Positions 1-7,356 of a DNA stretch of 20,000 bases are shown piece after piece. Origin of the DNA: an uncultured virus (IMG/VR IMGVR_UViG_3300050821_013558) (lineage: Duplodnaviria > Heunggongvirae > Uroviricota > Caudoviricetes); the IMG/VR virus record IMGVR_UViG_3300050821_013558; one strand, 5' to 3'. Position numbers and translations under genes: made by a program. The notes beneath the pieces are model-generated. The model was not told the DNA's origin. It searched no databases and saw only the letters and a program-made list of their open reading frames with translations. How positions within the stretch are numbered: position 1 is the stretch's first letter; each line of letters begins with the position of its first letter.

Positions 1-108
1 TTCCTGAAGCCGTCGAACCAGCGTGTTCTCGTGTCGTGCATGTATCTGACCTGGAATCTGAGTTGCATCTCGCCCAGGATGAACGTGCCGTTCACAGCGA
101 TCACCTAA
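1..108 (+). CDS. 3' end of probable phage major capsid protein (partial, truncated by window start)
   Basis: Frame 1 reads FLKPSNQRVLVSCMYLTWNLSCISPRMNVPFTAIT* (TAA 106-108). This resembles the 'P.NQ...V..I....NL....PR.....I.' C-terminus I recall from HK97-fold capsid proteins. It lies directly upstream of structural and adaptor genes. Confidence 0.6.
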   Translation, partial: FLKPSNQRVLVSCMYLTWNLSCISPRMNVPFTAIT

Positions 109-116
109 CGAGCCAA

Positions 117-181
117 GGGAGGAGAAGGCAGACCAGGCCTGTGACCCGGATTCAACCTTCTCCTTCCAACCCCAAGGAGAA
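117..181 (+). promoter_or_regulatory. Intergenic RNA structure overlapping the Shine-Dalgarno of the 187 gene
   Basis: GGGAGGAGAAGG (117-128) pairs with CCTTCTCCTTCC (156-167): 12 bp including one G-U. TTCTCCTT (158-165) is also the exact reverse complement of AAGGAGAA (174-181), which contains the SD. Confidence 0.5.
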
Positions 182-186
182 CTTCC

Positions 187-618
187 ATGGCGCTACCTTT
201 TGCAAATCCAGTTTCGCAATGCATGCCGGGGTTCGGCTCGCCTTCATTCTACGGGGCTGCGACTCAGACTCCCACCACCACGGCCGCTCTAACCCTTACG
301 ATCGGCGCGACGGCCACCACACCTTCAACCGGAGGCACACCGTTCAATCTCAACGGCGGCCCGGCTCCGACTTCCGGCAAGTGGCATCTGCGCATGGCCG
401 GCGCGACAGGTACTCCGACTCTCGCGCTTCAGGTCACTGTCTCCGATGGCACGAATACATGGACTGTTGCGACGATTCCGGCATCTGTAGCCACCAACTA
501 TCTTGACTACACAGGTGAATTCAAGACGGATGTGTCGATCACCTCAGTAGCGTTTGTCACGACACCCGGCGGCGGAGGGACCAATATTCCGCTGGATGCG
601 GAAGTCTCGCTCGTCTGA
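187..618 (+). CDS. Hypothetical virion structural protein (143 aa; possible capsid decoration/cement protein)
   Basis: SD AAGGAGA at 174-180 before ATG. Thr/Gly/Ala-rich, beta-strand-like sequence. Sits immediately after the capsid gene and before a terminator. Confidence 0.7.
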   Translation: MALPFANPVSQCMPGFGSPSFYGAATQTPTTTAALTLTIGATATTPSTGGTPFNLNGGPAPTSGKWHLRMAGATGTPTLALQVTVSDGTNTWTVATIPASVATNYLDYTGEFKTDVSITSVAFVTTPGGGGTNIPLDAEVSLV

Positions 619-653
619 TCTTTGTTGCCCGTCGCCATAGCCGCTGTCCCATC

Positions 654-695
654 GGCGGATGTCCTACTGACCGGGGACATCCGCCTTCTTTTTGT
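654..695 (+). terminator. Rho-independent terminator
   Basis: Perfect 11-bp stem GGCGGATGTCC (654-664) / GGACATCCGCC (675-685) followed by TTCTTTTTGT. This is the usual position after high-copy capsid genes. Confidence 0.85.
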
Positions 696-707
696 AGGAG
701 GGTTCAA

Positions 708-1328
708 TTGGGAATTAAGTGTTTCTGGCTTGAGCCGACTGATCGGGAAAAGCGATATCTGCGTCGGTACGCAGGAGGTTCAAAATGTCCCGGTCCAATG
801 TCTTATCACGACGCGATGACGTTCCTTGACGAATCGCGTGAAGTGATGAGCGAGGATGGCACGCATTGGGTCGACAGTGGTCAGATAGCCAAAGATTTTG
901 AGGGTCATCCGCTTTGGCCGACTCACTGTCCCTGCGGGTACGAGTTTCAAGATTCGCCAGATGAACAACGTCAACTTTTCAGTTCTCACATCTACCGCCG
1001 CGCAGATACTGGCGAAGAGATGACTTTGCGCGACGCGCCGGACGGAGCGATGTGGGATGCGACGTGGCTTCATGGCTGGGCTGCGAACTGTGGCCCAGAT
1101 GGAAGATCGATTGTTTGCAAGGTCCCCGTTAATCACGATTGGCACATCGATGGCCCTTGCAGTAACTGCACACGACCTAACGAGCCGCACAAGTGCTGGG
1201 TGCGCCATGGCGAGCCGCCGAACTTGACAGTCGATAAGAATGGTGACACTTGCGCTGCGGGAGCAGGATCAATTCTTACACCGACCTGGCATGGATTTTT
1301 ACGTAATGGCGAACTGGTTTCTTGTTAA
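708..1328 (+). CDS. Cys/His-rich hypothetical protein (206 aa) with DUF6527-like C-terminus; probable metal binding
   Basis: SD AGGAGG (696-701) then TTG start. Motifs HCPCG, CSNC, HKCW and C-terminal PNLTV..GAGSI...WHGFLRNGEL, which resembles the DUF6527 signature as I recall it. Confidence 0.7.
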   Translation: MGIKCFWLEPTDREKRYLRRYAGGSKCPGPMSYHDAMTFLDESREVMSEDGTHWVDSGQIAKDFEGHPLWPTHCPCGYEFQDSPDEQRQLFSSHIYRRADTGEEMTLRDAPDGAMWDATWLHGWAANCGPDGRSIVCKVPVNHDWHIDGPCSNCTRPNEPHKCWVRHGEPPNLTVDKNGDTCAAGAGSILTPTWHGFLRNGELVSC

Positions 1329-1343
1329 ATACGGGGGTGTGAT

Positions 1344-2711
1344 TTGAGTCAATGGTCACTAGTCGGGGACGCACTTATGGCGCTCCGTGAGCAAGCCGCC
1401 GACGTTCCTTCCGCTCTTCCGGCGCCCACTCTTAGCTCCGTCACTCCGTTCCCGACTGGTTCTCTAGCCGCTTGGTTCACGGTCACCCAACTCACCCCGT
1501 GGGGTGAGTCTCCCGCTTCTGCTGAGATCGATGTCACGACCGGCGCGATTGGTGCCACCTTCACTCTGGTTGGAAGCTGCTCGTTCGCTGCGACTTCGCT
1601 GCGCGTCTATTTCACACTCAGCGCGGCGGGTGGTGAGGACCGTTATTCCGAGTATCCGATTCCTTCCGGTGGCACAGGCGCGTTCTCTCTTGCGTTCACG
1701 CTCTCGAGCACCGGGACGGGGCAGGGAGCCATCACGCCGGGATTCGCGCCGACGCGCTCTTCGGCCTGGCTGCCCGACACAGATGGGACGGCGCTGAGCG
1801 CGGCGGCTCTTTATAGGTGGATCTCGGAAGGCTTGGACGTGATTACTGGGCTTACTGACGGTATCCGCGACGTGACCGGCATTCCAAGTACAGCTGGCCA
1901 GGCTCAATACCAACTCATTTCCAACTGGCGCAAGATTGACAATCAATGGTTTGACGGCTGGCCGATGACGATGGGCAACAAATCTGACGTCTTCCGGCAC
2001 AGTAACGTAGTTGGGATATCCGGGACCGGTGTGCTCAATCAGGACTCTGTAATTCAGCAGGTTGAGTTTTATCCGCAATCGAGCAGGACTTCGGGAAATG
2101 GTGTCTTAAGTGGGAATCTTTCAGCCACGGCGACCGCGATTCCATACACCCCCGGATCTTCCGGATGGGTACTTGGATTTGGCCTCGCGCTCCTCGGGCC
2201 TTATCCAGCCGACCCTTCCGCCTGCGAATTAGTTTATTACTCGGGCAATGTTTCAAACTCGCTTTCTCCTGTCACGAGGGGTATGGGCGGTACTTTCGCG
2301 ACCGCATGGCCATCTGGTACTCAAGTCCTTGAGTGCAATCTCTACCTGACCGGCCTGCGATATCCAACGCACTATACGCGCGGTCAGGCCAACAATCAGC
2401 TTGGCTTGCCTCCCGCATGGATCGATGTGTTGAAGGACTACTTGGCGTCGCGGTTCAAAGGTGCGGAACAGGATATCGAAGGTCAACAGGCATTGTTGAA
2501 ACAGGTCGAGAACAAATGTCAGTCGATCAAGGGAAATCGGCAGGTCATGATGCGGAGACAGGTGCAGGTGGGCGGTTCTAGTGGCGTCGAAACCGTGGCT
2601 GGGACAGGTGGGTACTTCGGGTCAGTGATTCTTCCCCTTTTGTTCGCTTTTTTGGTATTGAGTCCTACGCTCTTTTCGCCGTTTGCCAGGATTTGTTGCT
2701 ATGGCAGCTAA
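1344..2711 (+). CDS. Probable head-tail adaptor (tail tubular A / P22 gp4-like position) with inserted domains (455 aa)
   Basis: TTG start after GGGGGTG. Adaptor-like segments 'LYRWISEG..', 'STAGQAQYQL' and 'LPPAWIDVLKDYLASRFK'. Located directly upstream of the nozzle gene. Confidence 0.65.
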   Translation: MSQWSLVGDALMALREQAADVPSALPAPTLSSVTPFPTGSLAAWFTVTQLTPWGESPASAEIDVTTGAIGATFTLVGSCSFAATSLRVYFTLSAAGGEDRYSEYPIPSGGTGAFSLAFTLSSTGTGQGAITPGFAPTRSSAWLPDTDGTALSAAALYRWISEGLDVITGLTDGIRDVTGIPSTAGQAQYQLISNWRKIDNQWFDGWPMTMGNKSDVFRHSNVVGISGTGVLNQDSVIQQVEFYPQSSRTSGNGVLSGNLSATATAIPYTPGSSGWVLGFGLALLGPYPADPSACELVYYSGNVSNSLSPVTRGMGGTFATAWPSGTQVLECNLYLTGLRYPTHYTRGQANNQLGLPPAWIDVLKDYLASRFKGAEQDIEGQQALLKQVENKCQSIKGNRQVMMRRQVQVGGSSGVETVAGTGGYFGSVILPLLFAFLVLSPTLFSPFARICCYGS

Positions 2712-5652
2712 GGTAATCAGCCAAAAAAAGTTCGCTAAGCTCGTAGCCTCCACCGGTGCTCTCTCCCAGCCGCCCGGTGCGTTGACCCGCCTCTCGAATC
2801 TGTTTTTTAGCCAGCGCGGCAGCCTCCAAATCGCCGATGGCTCTCAAGCCATATCGTCTGCCATCTCTCCTGCATCCTTCATTTCCGCTATCGCTGCGTT
2901 CGCCAATCTCCAGGCGGGTCAATTCCCCTACTACGAATTGCTGGCCTACGCTTCCACTCCGCAGCTTGCCGACGTCACCGGTTTCGCTATTTCCAGTACG
3001 TCTGGATCCACTGACAACCCAGCCGGCACATACACATTCGCTATTGCGGCCAATCTTGGGTCTTTGCACACCAACCCTCACAACTCTTCGATATTTCAAA
3101 CGCTTGGCGCGTTCGATACGGTTAATTTCTCCTGGACTGCTGTCGCCGGGGCAACCGGGTACACGGTGTACTACGTTTATCGCCTTCCGTTGTCCCCGCT
3201 CCCGAGCTATATCGTTTTGGGCACTTCGGCCGGAACCACGTTTTCATTCACCGGTGCCCTCCCTCTTTCTCCTGCCGTTATTCCTTCGCCGACTTTCAAC
3301 AACACTTTCGAACTGCTTTTGTACGTGAGCACTACGCTCGCCACGGCACCGCCCCAGGTGACTTTCAGCGAAGTGACTGCCGGGGCGTTCCCATTTGCTC
3401 CGCCTCAGCCAGCTACCCTGGCGCCCGGATCGGTGGGGTTCAGTGCCACTCCCGGTATCCCAGGGTTCTCGCCCTACGGCGGAATCTATGGCGTCGCCGG
3501 GCCGCTTCCACAAATTGTTCAGTTTGCCGGTGAGTCCATTCTGATCCTCGGTAACGGTTACGCTCCGCAGCAAGTCGATCCTTCGCTTGGGGCTATCGCA
3601 CCCGTCACCCCTCTTCGAAACACGTTTCAAGCTGCCTATCCAACTTGGCAAACAGGGGTCGACTGGATCACCGGATCGCAATTGGCGGTGCTCAGTGCAG
3701 GGATCAACTACCTGTTTACCGCTACTCAGGGAGGCGTCTCCGGAACGAGTACGCCGTCGTGGAATTTTACGACCGGCTCTGAGACTTCGGATGGGAGCGC
3801 GGTGTGGACCTGTAACGGTCCTATCGTCGTGTCGGTTGCCCCTATCGGCGCTGCTCATGCGGTTGCTTACGCCGGTTCTCTCTGGCTGGCCAACACTCAC
3901 CCTACGACCACCACATATCCTTCATGGATTCCAACCAACACTTACGTTGCCGGTCAGCAGATCGTTGTGGTGGATGGCTCTGGAAATCAGTGGCTGTTCC
4001 AGGTGCAGACCGGAGGTGTCTCAGGCTCGAGCGCGCCATCATGGGTTTTTACTATCGGCAGCACTACCGCCGACGGCACAGTAGTCTGGCTGTGCGTTCT
4101 GGAATTTCAAAATGCATCCGGAACTCAGACCCACACATCCGGATCGCAGACAACCAACGGTTCCGGAAACTGGAGTTTTGTCGGCACCCAATGGAGATCC
4201 AACTTCAATCCCGGTTCGTCTGCGCTCGCGAACCTGGTGTTCAAGGGCTTTGGATTCTCCATACCATCCGGCGCTACGATCCTGGGAGTGATAGTCACTG
4301 CCAGTTTGACTTCGCAGTCCACCACAACGGGAACTCTGTCCCAAGTCGCTTTGTACTATACAAACGCTGTACTCGGCACGATAAAAACTCCGGGTACGGC
4401 TTTCACGACGACAATAACGCCGGAGTCTTACGGCAGCTCAAGCGACTTGTGGGGGGCGTCACTTACTCCCGCCATTGTCAACGATCCGAGTTTTGGATTC
4501 GCAATGGCTGCGACCTGCGATTCCATCCGTGTGTTTATCGGTCAGCCCTTCCAGGTGACTGTCTTCTATACAACGACGACATCGGGATCGGGCGCGCTGG
4601 CCGCCGGGATCGATGGACCGACCTGCCTCAAGATGTCCGATTCCAACAATCCAAACTCATGGAACCCGGTCAACACCGCTTTCATCGGCCGGGACGACGG
4701 GACGCAGATTACCGGACTGCAGCCGTTCACGATCGCCGCGCTAGGCATATCTCCTACCGGGTCTCTGTGTGTGTTCAAGGAATTCACCACTTATCAGGTT
4801 ATCGGCGTGTTTGGCTCCAGTTCGTTCGAGATCCAGCCGGCGCAGACGAATCTCGGCTGCATCGCTGCGCGGTCGATTCAATTCTTGCCCGGCTTCGGCG
4901 TCGCTCGATTCTCGCATTTGGGGTTTGCAATATTCGACGGCATCAACGACCGGCTTATTTCAGAGGATATTCGGCCTTATCTGTTTGGCGGGGTGGACTC
5001 GGAATCCGATATCACCTCTGTTGATCCATCTTTTCTCTACCTCGCACAATCGGGTCAGACCACTCAGCCGCCGATGTACATGTGTGCGATGCCCTTGTTG
5101 GGGTCTGCCGGTCAGTTAACCCGCCTGTTCGTCTACGACCTGGTAATGAAGGCGTGGACTGTGCTCGATCTTCCCTGGCCCATCACCGCGCTCTCGGCTG
5201 TGGCGGTTGGCGAAGGGTATCCGCTGGTTCTCGCCGGGAAGACCGACGGAACAGTACAGCGGCTGCAGGCAGGCGATTTGAACTGGGATCAGGGCGCGAG
5301 CGATCAGTCCGCAGTGAACTGGTCGTTTAGAAGCCCGGATGTGTTCGGCGAGGGCTCAAGCCAGCGTCTCTTTTTCCAGCAGGCTGTCATCCGCGGCTAC
5401 GGAAACGCAGCCATGGTCAAATCGATTGTTGCAAACCTGTGGCTGGACGGAAAGAATGTAGGTGCGCAGGCTATCGACATTGTGCCGATGGGCGGGGCCA
5501 ATCTGTTCGAAGTCAATATCAAAATCTGGATAAATGGCGAGAGAGCACACCTGGATATCTCGGGGAACAACGGTGGTGCCCCCGGTGTGATCGATGCCGT
5601 GGATTGGTCGATTGTGCCTAAGTCTTCCCAGGCGCGGAGGATCATTGGATGA
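2701..5652 (+). CDS. Probable tail nozzle / DNA stabilisation protein (P22 gp10 / T7 tubular B-like; ~983 aa)
   Basis: Long ORF with likely ATG at 2701 (AGGA upstream; the ORF track starts at 2683). Propeller-type motifs typical of podovirus nozzles: 'DDGTQITGL', 'LCVFKEFTTYQVIG', 'GCIAARSIQ', 'FDG...RLISEDIRP', 'LFVYDLVMKAWT'. Confidence 0.8.
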   Translation: MAAKVISQKKFAKLVASTGALSQPPGALTRLSNLFFSQRGSLQIADGSQAISSAISPASFISAIAAFANLQAGQFPYYELLAYASTPQLADVTGFAISSTSGSTDNPAGTYTFAIAANLGSLHTNPHNSSIFQTLGAFDTVNFSWTAVAGATGYTVYYVYRLPLSPLPSYIVLGTSAGTTFSFTGALPLSPAVIPSPTFNNTFELLLYVSTTLATAPPQVTFSEVTAGAFPFAPPQPATLAPGSVGFSATPGIPGFSPYGGIYGVAGPLPQIVQFAGESILILGNGYAPQQVDPSLGAIAPVTPLRNTFQAAYPTWQTGVDWITGSQLAVLSAGINYLFTATQGGVSGTSTPSWNFTTGSETSDGSAVWTCNGPIVVSVAPIGAAHAVAYAGSLWLANTHPTTTTYPSWIPTNTYVAGQQIVVVDGSGNQWLFQVQTGGVSGSSAPSWVFTIGSTTADGTVVWLCVLEFQNASGTQTHTSGSQTTNGSGNWSFVGTQWRSNFNPGSSALANLVFKGFGFSIPSGATILGVIVTASLTSQSTTTGTLSQVALYYTNAVLGTIKTPGTAFTTTITPESYGSSSDLWGASLTPAIVNDPSFGFAMAATCDSIRVFIGQPFQVTVFYTTTTSGSGALAAGIDGPTCLKMSDSNNPNSWNPVNTAFIGRDDGTQITGLQPFTIAALGISPTGSLCVFKEFTTYQVIGVFGSSSFEIQPAQTNLGCIAARSIQFLPGFGVARFSHLGFAIFDGINDRLISEDIRPYLFGGVDSESDITSVDPSFLYLAQSGQTTQPPMYMCAMPLLGSAGQLTRLFVYDLVMKAWTVLDLPWPITALSAVAVGEGYPLVLAGKTDGTVQRLQAGDLNWDQGASDQSAVNWSFRSPDVFGEGSSQRLFFQQAVIRGYGNAAMVKSIVANLWLDGKNVGAQAIDIVPMGGANLFEVNIKIWINGERAHLDISGNNGGAPGVIDAVDWSIVPKSSQARRIIG
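3637..4095 (+). repeat. Two diverged copies of a ~60-aa Trp-rich module inside the nozzle gene
   Basis: YPTWQTG..GSQLAV..NYLFTATQGGVSGTSTPSWNFTTGSETSDGSAVWTC (3637-3813) vs YPSWIPT..GQQIVV..QWLFQVQTGGVSGSSAPSWVFTIGSTTADGTVVWLC (3916-4095). Confidence 0.85.
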
Positions 5653-5665
5653 TTTGGCTTGTGTT

Positions 5666-5791
5666 ATGGCAAGTTTCGAGTCTTTCGCCTCTTCCCTCTT
5701 CCCTCCCGCTAAACTTATCCTCAGAAGCCACCCCCAGGTTTCATTGCAGACGTGCGTGCTGGCACGCTGGTGCGAGGAAGGAGCGCGATGA
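5666..5791 (+). CDS. Possible small ORF (41 aa, MASFESFASSLFPPAK...CEEGAR)
   Basis: Fills the gap between the nozzle and GNAT genes, and its TGA overlaps the GNAT ATG (ATGA 5788-5791). No strong SD or recognisable motif. Confidence 0.3.
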   Translation: MASFESFASSLFPPAKLILRSHPQVSLQTCVLARWCEEGAR

Positions 5792-6318
5792 CTGTCATAA
5801 ATGAGCATCTTGATGTTGCCGTTCCCGTCATTGCGTCCGAAGTTGAGGTTCAGCCCGTTTCTTTCAGGGCGATCCTCGACGATCCTGCTGCTCCCGCTCT
5901 TCTTCGGGCTTATGCCGAAGAGTGCCTGGTTCCCGACGCCGAGCCTCAAATTGCGATCTACGAATCCATGGAGAAAGCGAATGTTATCCAGTGTTTTGCA
6001 GCGTATTACGACCGACCCGGAACTCCGCTTTTAATTGGATTCGTTTCAATTTTGCGCACTATCGTCCCGCACGACGGTCATCATATTGCTGCGATCGAGT
6101 CTCTGTTCGTCGATCCTGCTTATCGCTCGACTGGCGCTTTTCTTATGCTCGCTGCTGCGGCCGAGCAATTTGCAACCGTTTCCGGATGCAGGTGTCTTCT
6201 TGCGTCAGCTCGCATCGGCAGCGCGCTCGATGTGGTTCTTTCGCGTCGTACCGGCTACGAAAAAACTCACAATCAGCATACCCACTGGCTGAACGGTTTC
6301 AAGGGAGGCCGGGCATGA
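5788..6318 (+). CDS. GNAT-family N-acetyltransferase (176 aa)
   Basis: SD GAGGAAGGAG before ATG 5788. GNAT motif A 'IESLFVDPAYRSTGAFLML...AEQFA...GC', plus 'LIGFVS' and terminal 'GYEK'. Confidence 0.85.
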   Translation: MTVINEHLDVAVPVIASEVEVQPVSFRAILDDPAAPALLRAYAEECLVPDAEPQIAIYESMEKANVIQCFAAYYDRPGTPLLIGFVSILRTIVPHDGHHIAAIESLFVDPAYRSTGAFLMLAAAAEQFATVSGCRCLLASARIGSALDVVLSRRTGYEKTHNQHTHWLNGFKGGRA

Positions 6319-6779
6319 GCGATCTGGTTGTCGACTCTCCTTGCGCACTGACTCCTCCGTCGCCGGAGATGCTCGACAAAATGAATCAGGCGAACGATTT
6401 GATCCGGGCCTGTCCGCAGGTGGAGATTGTTACTGAGCACCTTATCCACGGCGGGATGTATGCGCGGACGATACGGCGTGGTCCCGGCGTGGTCGCAGTC
6501 GGCTCGCTGATTCTGCGTGCCACTATTTTGATCGTTTCCGGTCCCTGCACTCTTGTTACAGGAGACCGGCGCATCGACCTTCATGGATACAACGTTCTTC
6601 CTGGTCTCGCAGGCCGCAAACAGATTTCGCTTACCCATGGTGATGTGGAAATGACGATGATCTTTCCAACTTCAGCCAAGACAGTCGAAGACGCAGAAAA
6701 TGAAATTTTTGCCGAAGCCGATCAACTGGTCTCGCGAAGAGACGGCGACCGGGACATCATCACGATTACCGGCCAATGA
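6315..6779 (+). CDS. Phage cupin-like (double-stranded beta-helix) hypothetical protein (154 aa)
   Basis: SD GGGAGG and ATGA overlap with the GNAT stop. 'PQVEIVTEHLIHGGMYARTI..GPG..AVG' matches a cupin-like phage family I recall next to internal virion genes. Confidence 0.7.
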   Translation: MSDLVVDSPCALTPPSPEMLDKMNQANDLIRACPQVEIVTEHLIHGGMYARTIRRGPGVVAVGSLILRATILIVSGPCTLVTGDRRIDLHGYNVLPGLAGRKQISLTHGDVEMTMIFPTSAKTVEDAENEIFAEADQLVSRRDGDRDIITITGQ

Positions 6780-6800
6780 CGCTGGGGAAAGGAGTTTCTG

Positions 6801-7346
6801 ATGTCGGGTACCATCTCAGCCACAACCGCTGCTTTAATCGCTGCCGCGGTAGGCGCAGCAGGCGTTGGCACTAGCGTTTACGAAGGAGTTCAGTCGAGCG
6901 ATCAGGCATCTGCCGCGCAGAAAGCGCAGCAACAGGCTTTGGCCCAGCAACAACAGGCTCAAGCCAACCAGGCAAATCTTACGAAGCAGGAAGCCGTGCT
7001 TGGCGCGCAAGGTCAGACGCAGCAGCAGACCGGCGGATCATTAACTGATTCCGGAACCTCCGCTTTGACTGATCTTTTGGCTGGATATCCCGGCTATCAA
7101 GGTGGCTCAGGCACAAGTACCGGCACGGGTGTGGGAACAAGCGACGTTGGCGGTACAGGTTCTCCTGGTGGCAGCGGACCTACTCCTGACATTGCTTCTA
7201 TTTTGGCGGCTTTACGCAATAACAGCGGCAGCGGCGGGCCTGGCCTTAGTGCTCCCGGTACTTCTGGAAATATCTTCGGCGGTAACTGGCAAACTCAACC
7301 GGCTACGCCACAAAATCAGTTGGAGCTTGCCAACCCGCTGGTCTAA
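6801..7346 (+). CDS. Probable internal virion / DNA ejection protein (P22 gp7-like; 181 aa)
   Basis: SD AAAGGAG. Ala/Gly hydrophobic N-terminus (AALIAAAVGAAGVGTSVY), then a Gln/Ala-rich helix and a Gly/Ser/Thr-rich tail. First gene of the post-nozzle ejection cluster. Confidence 0.75.
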   Translation: MSGTISATTAALIAAAVGAAGVGTSVYEGVQSSDQASAAQKAQQQALAQQQQAQANQANLTKQEAVLGAQGQTQQQTGGSLTDSGTSALTDLLAGYPGYQGGSGTSTGTGVGTSDVGGTGSPGGSGPTPDIASILAALRNNSGSGGPGLSAPGTSGNIFGGNWQTQPATPQNQLELANPLV

Positions 7347-7356
7347 GGAGGCTTTT

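Noticed and set aside
36..506. 156-aa + strand ORF
   Set aside because: It overlaps both the capsid 3' end and the 187 gene in another frame. Arg/His-rich shadow composition and no SD.
3924..5024. 366-aa alternative-frame ORF inside the nozzle gene
   Set aside because: Arg/His/Cys-rich composition typical of an off-frame read of GC-rich coding DNA, with no recognisable motif.
5356..5949. 197-aa minus-strand ORF spanning the nozzle/GNAT gap
   Set aside because: Antisense to two well-supported genes, with no motif.
5922..6314. N-terminal extension of ORF 5922-6779
   Set aside because: It overlaps the GNAT. The SD and ATGA overlap support a start at 6315. Upstream extensions of ORFs 5752, 7102, 15426, 17006 and 19243 were trimmed on the same grounds.
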